64,000 nucleotides of DNA, taken from the IMG/VR virus record IMGVR_UViG_3300036766_000686, positions 1 to 64,000 of that record; one strand, 5' to 3'. A model generated the notes under the pieces. It was given only the letters and a program-made list of their open reading frames with translations. It did not search any database and was not told the origin of the DNA. The stretch comes from a virus. The first letter of the stretch is position 1; every line of letters begins with the position of its first letter. The translations under genes and the position numbers were made by a program. This document shows, in pieces, positions 8,868 through 18,112 of the stretch.

Positions 8868-10187
8868 TTACTTATCGACCTCGATGAACTCACCCCACGG
8901 CGCGGGGTGTTGTCTATACGTGCCCACCAGAACCCATATCGTCTGAATCCCGGCAGGCGACTTGTAGGGAGCGCTCCCGCACCCGTCCGTGATGTAAACC
9001 ACGATGGACGGACGCGAGGAACGCGGCATCTTGTCGATTGCTTCGAAGGCGGGAATAAAGCTCGTCCCGCCTCCACCTTTGAGTAACGGCAACAACTCGC
9101 GGACGGACTTGACGCGTTGACACGTTTGTACCGCCGCGTCCGCTGCCATGAAGGTCACGTCGGCGCCCACAGCTTTGAGAATCCCCGAGCTTTCGGAAAC
9201 GACCTGCCCAATCTCGCGCTTGCCCATTGACATTGACGTGTCTGCCACTATCAACGTCTTGGGCACGGGCGCGAAGTAGGCAGGCATGACCCCTACTCCC
9301 AACCCATACCCGATTCCCGCTTGACGTCGTGAGGGACGATGGAACGACGTATCGACCGCGCCCGCTTTCCTCGCAACGTACAAGCGACAGAGGCGAGCCA
9401 ACCTGGATTGCCAGTTCACAGTCGGGGGAGCAAGTTGAACCTCAGCCCAACGTGCCCACCCGCCCGCAACGCTACCCGCGCCTTTGCTCGCCACTTCGTC
9501 TCGTATCGCTTGCGCGACCTGCTTGCGTACCGATTCAATCTGCGCCTTCGAAACGCCGCCGCCCGCCTGAGCCTCTGCCTCAGCTTCGCCCGGCAACTCA
9601 TTACCCGCCGCTGACCCACAGTGCCCCGCACAAGGGCGAGGGGCTGAGGAGTCTTGACCCTCCCCCTGTCCTTCGCTCCCTTGCGCGTTGCTCGATTGCG
9701 ATTGCCCGTCCTCGCTTTGCTTGTCGCTCGATTGCGAGCCCTCGCCTTTGCTTTGTTCGTCTTGCTGCTCCTGTTGCTTCGCCTTGCGCCTCGAATGATA
9801 CTCCTCAGCGGTGAGCCCCACGGGGAGCCCATACTGAGCGGGCATCAGGACGCCTTCGGGCAACTCTGCGCCCATCGCCAATATATCGGGGTTAATCTCT
9901 AGGTCGGCATCAATGTTGAAATCCTTACCCGCTCCAATCGCCTTCGCCCTATCGAAGTGCCCGCGCAACGGATGAGATACCTCGTGTAACAACACACCGA
10001 CCAACTTACCTGTTTCCCATTCGTCAACGACCTTCGGGTCTACCATCAGCACCCAGTTTTTTGTAACCCCAATCGTGCCGAGTCCGGGGGTCTCGACAGT
10101 GCGCAACGTTACGACCGCCGCCCGAAAGTATTTCCACCTTCGGAATATTCGCAACTGAGCGGCGCTCAGTTTAGCTTGCCAGTGCAT
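8868..10187 (-). CDS. HExxH metallopeptidase-vWA protein (DUF2201-like)
   Basis: LLHEVSH...H, NIDADLEIN, a Q/S/E low-complexity linker, MIDAS-like DTSMSM, GGGGTSF and ITDG. Confidence 0.88.
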   Translation of the reverse strand: MHWQAKLSAAQLRIFRRWKYFRAAVVTLRTVETPGLGTIGVTKNWVLMVDPKVVDEWETGKLVGVLLHEVSHPLRGHFDRAKAIGAGKDFNIDADLEINPDILAMGAELPEGVLMPAQYGLPVGLTAEEYHSRRKAKQQEQQDEQSKGEGSQSSDKQSEDGQSQSSNAQGSEGQGEGQDSSAPRPCAGHCGSAAGNELPGEAEAEAQAGGGVSKAQIESVRKQVAQAIRDEVASKGAGSVAGGWARWAEVQLAPPTVNWQSRLARLCRLYVARKAGAVDTSFHRPSRRQAGIGYGLGVGVMPAYFAPVPKTLIVADTSMSMGKREIGQVVSESSGILKAVGADVTFMAADAAVQTCQRVKSVRELLPLLKGGGGTSFIPAFEAIDKMPRSSRPSIVVYITDGCGSAPYKSPAGIQTIWVLVGTYRQHPAPWGEFIEVDK

Positions 10188-10188
10188 C

Positions 10189-11070
10189 TTAGTCCTCCTC
10201 GGCGTTCTCCAGCAGAATTGCCGACGTGATATCCGCGTCCAGTTCGTTCAACGCTGTTTGGATTTTCGGAAGTTGTTGCTTGAACAGTTCCTCGTAATGT
10301 CGAACTTTAGAGCGGACACCCTTCGAACGCTTCCCCTGACCTCTCAGCCCGCGCTCCGTGATCTTGTCGTTGTTTTCAAGCTGACCTCGCATCAACTCGA
10401 TTTCCCGCTCCGCTTCGTAGATTACCGAGTCCATTACCGCCTCGACGATATCCGACGAGGACGCGGCGGGGACGTGGTAAATCTTGCAACACTTTACTTC
10501 CTTTATCGCCTCGCAGTATTGCCTCCACTGTGCCCGATGGGTACGCGGAACGAAGTAAAACCCACCCGTGTCGCGCCCCGATACCGCCGCGCACTTCTTA
10601 ACCGCCAAGTCGATCCAGAGCCACGAGCTAAGGCGCTCCGAAGGCAGCGTGTCCAAGTGGTTCTCGTACCCCTCGCGGATCCGTCTCTCGTAGTCCCACG
10701 AGTGGATTCCCTCGACCTGCAACGTGCCTCCCTCGATACGAGCCTGTACCAACTCTCGATACTTCAAGTTGCCCACAAGCTCAGTCTCCTCGACGATCGC
10801 ATACCCGTCCTTTTTCAGAGGTCGGACGAGGACATGTTTCTTTTGGAACTCCTCAAGCGCAAGTCGCAACGCGCGCAACTTGGTGGGCGGGGGGGGGAGC
10901 AACTTGTCGTCCAGCCCGTGCTTGCTCCACGCACCTATGATGGTGGGCAACTTCGCATCTTGCAAGTTGGACAGGTAGGTCATTTCCCCCGCCAGTTTCG
11001 ATTCCTCCACCGCGATCCACGATCCCGATTGAATCGCTACGGCTTCAACTAAAGTCTTTGGGGTATTCAT
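10189..11070 (-). CDS. Hypothetical protein of the type usually found beside MoxR/vWA pairs (DUF3150/DUF6744-like)
   Basis: GGFYFVP motif, helical C-terminus, gene context. Confidence 0.6.
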   Translation of the reverse strand: MNTPKTLVEAVAIQSGSWIAVEESKLAGEMTYLSNLQDAKLPTIIGAWSKHGLDDKLLPPPPTKLRALRLALEEFQKKHVLVRPLKKDGYAIVEETELVGNLKYRELVQARIEGGTLQVEGIHSWDYERRIREGYENHLDTLPSERLSSWLWIDLAVKKCAAVSGRDTGGFYFVPRTHRAQWRQYCEAIKEVKCCKIYHVPAASSSDIVEAVMDSVIYEAEREIELMRGQLENNDKITERGLRGQGKRSKGVRSKVRHYEELFKQQLPKIQTALNELDADITSAILLENAEED

Positions 11071-11117
11071 TGATTTTTCTCCTTATTGTTTCGTTTATTC
11101 GTTCTATTCGTTTTGGG

Positions 11118-11423
11118 TTACTTGCTCAGTTTTTTGCACAGTTTGATTATTGCTACGTTCGCTCGTATCGCTTCGAGGAGTTGAGACGCCAACTCCGTCG
11201 CCTCCGTGTCGGTCCACCAATCCCCGTGCCTGCCCGCTACAGCAACGAGCGACAGATAGAGGAGTTCCACTGCCCCCTCGCACTGTCGCGCCGTGGCGTA
11301 ACAGAACCCGCCCCGTTGCGTTTGGCGCTGGGAACGGAGTTTGTCCATCTCTCTCCTTGCCTTGCTCAAAAGGTCGTCGGCTTCGGATAATGAGTCAAAA
11401 GGACTCGTTCCTACTTTTTCCAT
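11118..11423 (-). CDS. Hypothetical protein, first gene of the operon
   Basis: AGGAGG RBS, 101 aa. Confidence 0.65.
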   Translation of the reverse strand: MEKVGTSPFDSLSEADDLLSKARREMDKLRSQRQTQRGGFCYATARQCEGAVELLYLSLVAVAGRHGDWWTDTEATELASQLLEAIRANVAIIKLCKKLSK

Positions 11424-12040
11424 TTACCTTACCTCCTTGTTTGTTGTTTACACGTTCTATTCGTTGCTTGTTGTGTGGAGCCCTACACGCTCCCAACGAT
11501 AGACGAACGCCGTCCCGAACACCCTCAGGCGCTCTCGTGTTCGTTCGTCTATCTGTGGGAGCGGGGGAAATACGTCGTTACTTCTTGAACGTATCTCCCA
11601 CCGCTCTACCTATATTTTCTATCTCTCAGTCTCTTCGGCAGTTCTATTCAACTGCCCGCGTATTCGCTCACCATCATTCATTCGCCTCCAGTCGTCACGT
11701 TTTCATGGCGTCTTCCTTGCCTTGTCCGCTACGTCGATTCAACTGCGCTTGTCGCTTTGTGCCTTGTTCAGACTCGCGTTGTGCGATTGATGCAATCTCA
11801 CGCACCGCCTTCCTCGACGTTTTCACGCGTGGGCAATGCCTTCGCTCGTTTCTTTCAGCGTTGACTTGAACGGGGAACGCTCAGCTGGCTATCTCAGGTC
11901 GCCACCCTCCTCGCTCTTAGTCACCTCACCCGCGATCCCTCAGAATCTTTGGTCCCTCGCAACGCCGTTTTCCCGTTGCCCCGAACTGGGCGCGTCCGAC
12001 TAAGTGCAACAACTCATTTCAAACAGCAATCACTATCTAT
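11424..12040 (-). ncRNA. Candidate long structured 5' leader RNA
   Basis: No credible ORF. Multiple stems, e.g. 11488-11509 pairing with 11542-11563, 11564-11574 with 11589-11599, GGCAGTT/AACTGCC, GTGCG/CGCAC and AGCGTT/AACGCT. Confidence 0.5.
11623..11662. repeat. Inverted repeat, right copy (with a 12-nt insertion)
   Basis: CTCTCAGTCTCTTCGGCAG-TTCTATTCAACT-GCCCGCGTA is the reverse complement of 4735-4762 apart from the 12-nt insert. Confidence 0.9.
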
Positions 12041-12074
12041 TGATAAGAGTGAAGCCTTAGGAATCTAGCGTCAA
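12017..12074 (-). promoter_or_regulatory. Putative sigma70 promoter followed by a boxA-like element
   Basis: TTGACG (12074-12069), 17-nt spacer, weak -10 CACTCT, then TGCTGTTTGAAA (12028-12017). Confidence 0.4.
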
Positions 12075-12896
12075 GAAAATAACACAACTATTTTCACGCT
12101 TGTAAGTCCCCGCTTTCCCTCACTATTTCGCGCCTTTTTGCGAGCACCGTCACAGAATAACGATAATTACCCGAATCCCCACGAAATCCGCACCTTTTAT
12201 GCCCACTCTCCCCCCTCCTCACACCCACCCCCAGCTTCAATACGTCGTTTAGTCTCGCTCACTCACCCCACTACACCCATAAATCCCCCCTCTTTTCTCC
12301 TCTCTCATGCAAATTTTCAATTTTTTTATCGCTCTCCCCCCGCTCTCTCACCCCATCCCGCTCCCCTGCCCATCACTTTTTCCCTCGCCCACGTCACGTC
12401 GTAAATCGCGTGGAGGACAGTCAGTGCATAAAAACAAAGTGAAAAACTACAATATCCTACACTGCCCCCTATCGTCATTCCGTCAACGCGCGAACGCTCG
12501 TTGACGCGCAATTGGTCGGGATATTGCGAGAAAAATCGCTACTTTTCAATGTTCAAGTGATTATTTCGAAGCTCAGCAAGTCGAGACAAGTACAGCAATC
12601 AAGGGACTGGAGGGAAACCACGAGAATCCTTCCGTGGTCCTGCGGGAGGTGAGCGCCCTCCCCGCGTCGCCCTCCCTCGTGACGGTGTTTGTTGGTATTC
12701 GTTCGTTATTGATTACTGGGAACCCCTCCCTGTCGCCCGCTCTCGTGATAGCGCTTATTCTCTTTGTTCACGCTCTGCTTGATTCCAGTGCATACCCTTC
12801 TTGTGTCGCTCTCTCTCGTGAAGGTGTTTGTTTGTATTCGTTCGATTGATGTGGGTATACTTACGTTATCGCTATATTTGGATGGTGGGGGGGATA

Positions 12897-13484
12897 TTAT
12901 TCGTTTGGGGTACGTTTAATGCGTAGCAGATCGGGGAATCCTTGATGGGGTGATGGGTCATAATCGAGCGTAAGGTGTTCCTTCCACGCGGAGAGCGAGG
13001 TAGGTGAAGGTGGGAGATTATGTTCTTGGCTTGCCTTCTCCTTGAGTTTTGAAAAAACTGTTTCCTCCAGTTGCCGTATACGTTCGCGTGATACGGAGAG
13101 TAAATCTCCGACAAACTCCAGCGTTTTCCTACCTTCCTCTGCTACGTCCAGGGCACAGGAATGTCTGAGTTTATGGGGTGGAAGGAGTGGGGCATTGAAC
13201 TTAAGGGTACCGGTACGAGGATCGACGTCGAGATACAGGTGATAAATGCACCCGACCCACGGGCACGGGCGTTCGGCGCCGCACTCCGCTCTGGTACGGG
13301 GGCGTGTTACATCCACGCCTTGTTCCTGCAGAATCCTATAAGCTCGTTTATTCGAGCGTAGGAGGCCGAGGATACGTCTATTGCCTCCCTTCATCCTGCG
13401 GGTATTTTCCGTGCAGGTACGGCGAACCCCCTGTCCCTGTCCCTGTCCCTGTCCGTTGCGCTTAGGCTTAGTTGTAGTCCTCAC
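12897..13484 (-). CDS. Cys-rich sigma70 region-4 HTH protein (myxobacterial type)
   Basis: RPRTRAEC...RPCPWVGCIYHLYLDV...SCALDVAEEG, then TLEFVGDLLSVSRERIRQLE (sigma region 4.2). GTG start at 13484 after GGAG. Confidence 0.8.
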   Translation of the reverse strand: MRTTTKPKRNGQGQGQGQGVRRTCTENTRRMKGGNRRILGLLRSNKRAYRILQEQGVDVTRPRTRAECGAERPCPWVGCIYHLYLDVDPRTGTLKFNAPLLPPHKLRHSCALDVAEEGRKTLEFVGDLLSVSRERIRQLEETVFSKLKEKASQEHNLPPSPTSLSAWKEHLTLDYDPSPHQGFPDLLRIKRTPNE

Positions 13485-14097
13485 CGTATTCCAACTCCAC
13501 GAGGCATGGGATATTTCGCAAGCGTTCGTTAAAGTCGAGTCCATAGCCGACCAACCACCTTTCCGTATCGATCTGTCGTCCGACGTAAGTTTTGACGTGT
13601 GCGGGGAGTTGCGCGCGAATGTTCGTTGACGTCCGCTCCAGCAGAAAAGCAAAGGAGAGGGAGCGGTGTTGGAGTTCGTTGCGATAGTGCTCGAAAAAAC
13701 TGGTCAGCCCCAGAGCCGTCCTTCCCGAGTCCGCGAACGTATCCAACACGAGTAAGTCCGCTCCCCTGAGTTTGTCCTTGTCGAGGAGTTCCCTATTTAC
13801 CTCGACCCACAGCTTGTCGTTCCCCTGCTGATTGTGTCCGCGGCTCGTCCTGCATCGCAGATACTCCCAACGGTGCGGAGTATCCAGACACCTCGACACG
13901 TCCCCCGCGAAATACTGCGACGCCTTCAAGACGGGAATCAAGACGAGGTCGTCAAAGTGCGCCTCGTCCACTTGCTCGGCAATCTGCTTTACCCACTCCG
14001 CTATTCTGCGTAGGTTCGCCAACGTGCGGTGCGGAACGGAGAGCCCGGGAACAAAGTGCCCGAACGTTTCCTCTTGCTCACTTCTTCCTTCCATCAT
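13468..14097 (-). CDS. hpt: Hypoxanthine phosphoribosyltransferase-like protein
   Basis: IPVLKAS, PRPP-loop-like LLVLDTFADSGRT, and C-terminal WLVGYGLDFNERLRNIP. Confidence 0.8.
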   Translation of the reverse strand: MMEGRSEQEETFGHFVPGLSVPHRTLANLRRIAEWVKQIAEQVDEAHFDDLVLIPVLKASQYFAGDVSRCLDTPHRWEYLRCRTSRGHNQQGNDKLWVEVNRELLDKDKLRGADLLVLDTFADSGRTALGLTSFFEHYRNELQHRSLSFAFLLERTSTNIRAQLPAHVKTYVGRQIDTERWLVGYGLDFNERLRNIPCLVELEYGEDYN

Positions 14098-15924
14098 TTC
14101 TTCTCCCTCTCACTCACAGCCTCAAGGTATTTTTCCGCAATCGCCCCAGCTTGCGCTAGAGGTTTTGCTTGACTTGCCTCCCCTCGCCCCCCTCCCGTGT
14201 GCGCCCCTCCATTGAGTATTGAGAAGGCGTTAGGATCGTGATGGTCGTTGCGGGGTTGAGTTGCGACACTTCGAATTCGACCGAGGATTCCGTCGAGCGC
14301 CCCCCGTGGATACCTCGCGGTCTCAAGGCACGCCTCGGGCTTTTCTCGGAAGCCTCGGGCTTTGCTCAGCGTGAGATAGTACAACGCCGCTCCCCAGAGA
14401 CTCCACAGGGAGTTTTCTTTTCAGGACGTCTTACGATACGTCGGAACCCAGGAAGCGTGAGAAATGGGGTCTCTGGCTTGCGCAATCCCTACGCGTTCGA
14501 CCCTTCCCAATCGCATCCAACGACGTAGAGCACCCCCGAACACCGCGCCCCACGCGTTCGAGTGGTGGGGAAGTCCTACGCTCGACACAATCGACACACG
14601 AGCGTCCTCCCCAGTAAACTCCCCATCTACGTTCAACCCCTCGAACCACCGCTCCAGCATTGGGCGGGCCCGCTCCTTCCATTCCTCGGGGGCGTTGTCG
14701 AGCACCTGCTCCACGCCTTGATCACGCAACGCGCGCCCTTGCTGCAGGTCGTCCAGCGTCAACTGCCTGCCTTCACTCCTCATCCTTTGCCTCCTCTTGA
14801 ATCGTCAACCACTTCAATCGCCCCGCCTCAAGCATTTTCCCACACGTCTCGAATTTTATCGTTGCCGCAAGTTGTGCCTCGTGCGCCTCTTGAATTCGTT
14901 TCCTCAGTATTTCTACTCTTGCTCGAATCGAACGGCCTCGGTAATCGGGTCCTCGTCGAGGACGTTCCCTGAAAAGTTCACCATGACCGCGGACAACGAA
15001 GTCTCGCCCGCCTTAGTCGAAAAGTCCGCGAATATAACCTTGTAGGTGGGAACGAAAAAATCAGGAGCAATCAACGCAAAGCAAGGCGCGATTGCGTAAA
15101 CCCACCCGGATTCCTTGCTGGGGTTTTTCCCCTCTCCCCTCCCCAACAACATAACCCCCTTATAACGATCAATGCCAAACTGACCATCAAAGAACCTCAA
15201 GCGTTCCGCGCTTGATATCTCGAACCTTCCCACCCTCAGCGGCTCTCCGACAGGTAGGAAGTCGCAAGAAGGTTTGAACAGTTCCTTTGCTCTTTTCACA
15301 ACTTGTTCCAGTCGCAACCGATGCCGGTCAACACCTTCAAGCATGGGGTTGGGAACGAAACTCATACTTGGTTCCAATCCCGCGCGTCCATCTCAGTTGC
15401 TCTCCTTATCGAGCGTCACCCCGCACCAAAACACGCAAGACGTCTTCGACATCTGAAGCCACCAACAGTTGCTCGCCTTCGAAGTCTCACATAGCGTCAA
15501 CCCGTGAATCGAGCAACGAAACGCGGAAACCCCGGTCTGAAATCGAACCTTGTTCCCACACGTCCCACATACCTTCCCTGCGTCAATATATCGCTGGATT
15601 ATTTCGAACTCCGCGGGTGTCATTCCACGACGTCCTTTATATCAAAAGAAAACTTGGGCGCTCGTGGGCGACCGTCACATGGCATCGCCAACCCCTGCTC
15701 CATGTCCTCCGTGCGAATATCTCGGCCAACGTCTTGCCTCGCTTTAATCGTTCTATCTCCTTGGCTATCCGAGAGGTCGCCACGCTTTGTTCCAACAAGT
15801 ATTGATCCGACGATAACCCTCCGCGGGCAAGGCGCAACGCGACACACAAAGAATCGGTCAACAACGTCTTGAGGGATTCGGGTACATCGACCTTGACCGC
15901 TGGGGGTTTTCTAAACCTTTTCAT
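14094..15924 (-). other. Cluster of small hypothetical genes (14094-14384, 14421-14783, 14913-15377, 15393-15623, 15637-15924)
   Basis: Tightly packed minus-strand ORFs with RBSs or overlaps. No function recognised. Confidence 0.55.
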
Positions 15925-15942
15925 CGTTCCTCCTTCCTTTCC

Positions 15943-16854
15943 TTACATCGTCCCGAGATTGGGTAACAGCGCGAAGTGTAGCAAGATCAAAGCGGGAGCG
16001 TATTCGGGGGACACGTTCGCACAGATCGGAATTACCGCGGGCCACGCCCACTGGTAAAGCCTCGAGTAGTCCCGCGCCCGCAACAACTGAGCATAGGAGA
16101 GCGTCAACGACAACAACGCCGCAAACACAAGACGCGGCGCCGCAGCAGGCAGGAGCAACGGGAACAACCCGCACACAACGCCCCACGGTCGGAGCAAAAA
16201 CTGAAAGTCCAGCCCCGTCTCGCGCTTGATCTTGCGCGCGTCTTGAAACGGGGACGATAGGTATTCGGCATCAGGCTCAGCGTATCGCCCCAACCACTTC
16301 GGCGTCACGAGCCCCACGAGCGCCCACGGGTTGAGCGTCCAGCACGCGATAAACACGGGAGCGGATTCTCGACATGCCCCCGCCAGCATAGATAGTATAA
16401 CCCCACCCGCCGTGTGTCCCCCTCTAAACATCAACGCCGCCCCGAGTGAGAGCGCGAAGGACACGGGCTCGGTAATGACGGGGAGCATCACCGAGGTACG
16501 AAATAGCCCCGTGGCTCCCGTGAACAAAACGGCAGCGAATAGCCCGCCCCACGTCCCTCCAGCCCACAACGCAACCTCAAACGCCGCAACACAAAGCGCG
16601 AGATACGAAAACCCAACCCACAGTCTCGTGTCCGTGCGAAACAACGCGGGGAGTAACCAGCGATAAGAATAGGGGCGAGGAACGGGCTTGCCGCGACCTA
16701 TCGCAAGGTAACGCTCGCCATCGGGCGACAGTCTCGGAACGTAAAACCAAAACTCGTACCCCACCACAATCGCCGCCCACGCGAACGCCACGAAGGGAGC
16801 GCCCTCGATACCCGTTGCCCATGCCCACACCCGCGTCAACGTCTCCTCGTTCAT
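15943..16854 (-). CDS. Polytopic membrane protein, possibly GT-C-fold glycosyltransferase-like
   Basis: About 8-9 hydrophobic segments. The loop after TM1 reads PDGERY...PYSYRWLLP, and a RES motif follows later. Confidence 0.55.
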   Translation of the reverse strand: MNEETLTRVWAWATGIEGAPFVAFAWAAIVVGYEFWFYVPRLSPDGERYLAIGRGKPVPRPYSYRWLLPALFRTDTRLWVGFSYLALCVAAFEVALWAGGTWGGLFAAVLFTGATGLFRTSVMLPVITEPVSFALSLGAALMFRGGHTAGGVILSMLAGACRESAPVFIACWTLNPWALVGLVTPKWLGRYAEPDAEYLSSPFQDARKIKRETGLDFQFLLRPWGVVCGLFPLLLPAAAPRLVFAALLSLTLSYAQLLRARDYSRLYQWAWPAVIPICANVSPEYAPALILLHFALLPNLGTM

Positions 16855-17583
16855 GCCTCCTCCTGTCGCTTCCCTTCGATTCTGCGCTTGATAACTTCAA
16901 GACGTTTCAGGATCGCTTCAAGTTCGACGTCGAAATCTTCCAACGACGTATCCCGCCGCGTTTCCCCGTTCTCCCCGATCGGGTTCTTGACAAGATCGTA
17001 CCTCGACCGATCGGGTTTGGGGTAACGGCGTTTGTTGCGCTTCCACACGCTCACGGTCATGACCTCACCACTTTTTTGTAGTACCGCCTAGCCATGAAGC
17101 ACCTCGGCCCATCGTTAAAAGGAGGAGTCTCGATACAAGACGTAAGAACCCCATCGCCTTCGAGTTGCCTCAATATCTTTTGTATTCGAGCTATCGGTAT
17201 ATCCAGACCCAACTTATCGCGTAACTCTCGACTATAGGATTTATCGTGATCACGCAAAAACCAAACGATCGCCTCGCGTACCACACAGTCCCGGCGGGCA
17301 ATAAAATCTTGAATCTGCCGTACCTCGTTTTCTCCCATTTACCTCACCTCTTTTTTTTCGATGATAGCCTCACGTTTAATACGAACCTACATACCAAGTC
17401 CTTACTCAACTCCAAAGCGTTGCAGATCGAGGCGATATTCGAACCTCGTTCCCGAGTTGAAGGGCCTTTCATTTCCTCGTCAATGGCTTGGATCGCTAAG
17501 GCAATCGCGTCAACGAGCGAGACAAGCGCCGCGCGATACCCGCGGGATTTTTTCTGGTGATCTTGAATAGAGGCGGGTTTCAT
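16851..17583 (-). other. Three small hypothetical genes (16851-17060, 17057-17338 winged-HTH-like, 17344-17583)
   Basis: Coupled ORFs. 17057-17338 has a wHTH-like pattern (SRELRDKLG...IQKILRQLEGDGVL). Confidence 0.55.
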
Positions 17584-17587
17584 CTAT

Positions 17588-18112
17588 CTATTCTCCTTCA
17601 CCTCGTCCGACCGTTTGAAATAGAGGACCATCATTGACCTGAGCGCTTGCCTTTCGCATCTCCACGAGCATTGAAGGCCAGAAGGACCCACACTTTTTCG
17701 CTTCACCGTTACGGGTAAACTTCACGCGTCCTCTTAAAAACTGTAAGGAGACGCCGGGACGCGGCTTTGCGTTCAACTCATCCCACACGTAATCATGGAA
17801 CCATTTGCAGTCAGAGCGGACAAACAACAAAAATACCACAACCTCACAGTGTCCCGCTTCCAACTCGTGTCTCGCCTTTTGCAACCACTTCCCTATGTCG
17901 CGCCCGTAAGGCGGGTTGAGCCACACGCGTCCAAACCACTCTTGCGCGAGGCTGTTGGTTTTGAAGTCGAAAAACTTTTTACATTTCGTATTCTCCGCGT
18001 CCGCTGCCGCATCAAGGTCAAAGTGGTATTGGGCATCGCAAAGGTCAAAGAGAGCTTGCGGCGTACACCAATCGTCGTAGGTCGAGGTCAGCAGTCCTTG
18101 GACTGGTTGCAT
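17588..18112 (-). CDS. Phage DNA N6-adenine methyltransferase (Dam-like)
   Basis: DDWCTPQ, FDLDAAA, VWLNPPYG, WFH, and RGRVKF motifs. Confidence 0.88.
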   Translation of the reverse strand: MQPVQGLLTSTYDDWCTPQALFDLCDAQYHFDLDAAADAENTKCKKFFDFKTNSLAQEWFGRVWLNPPYGRDIGKWLQKARHELEAGHCEVVVFLLFVRSDCKWFHDYVWDELNAKPRPGVSLQFLRGRVKFTRNGEAKKCGSFWPSMLVEMRKASAQVNDGPLFQTVGRGEGE

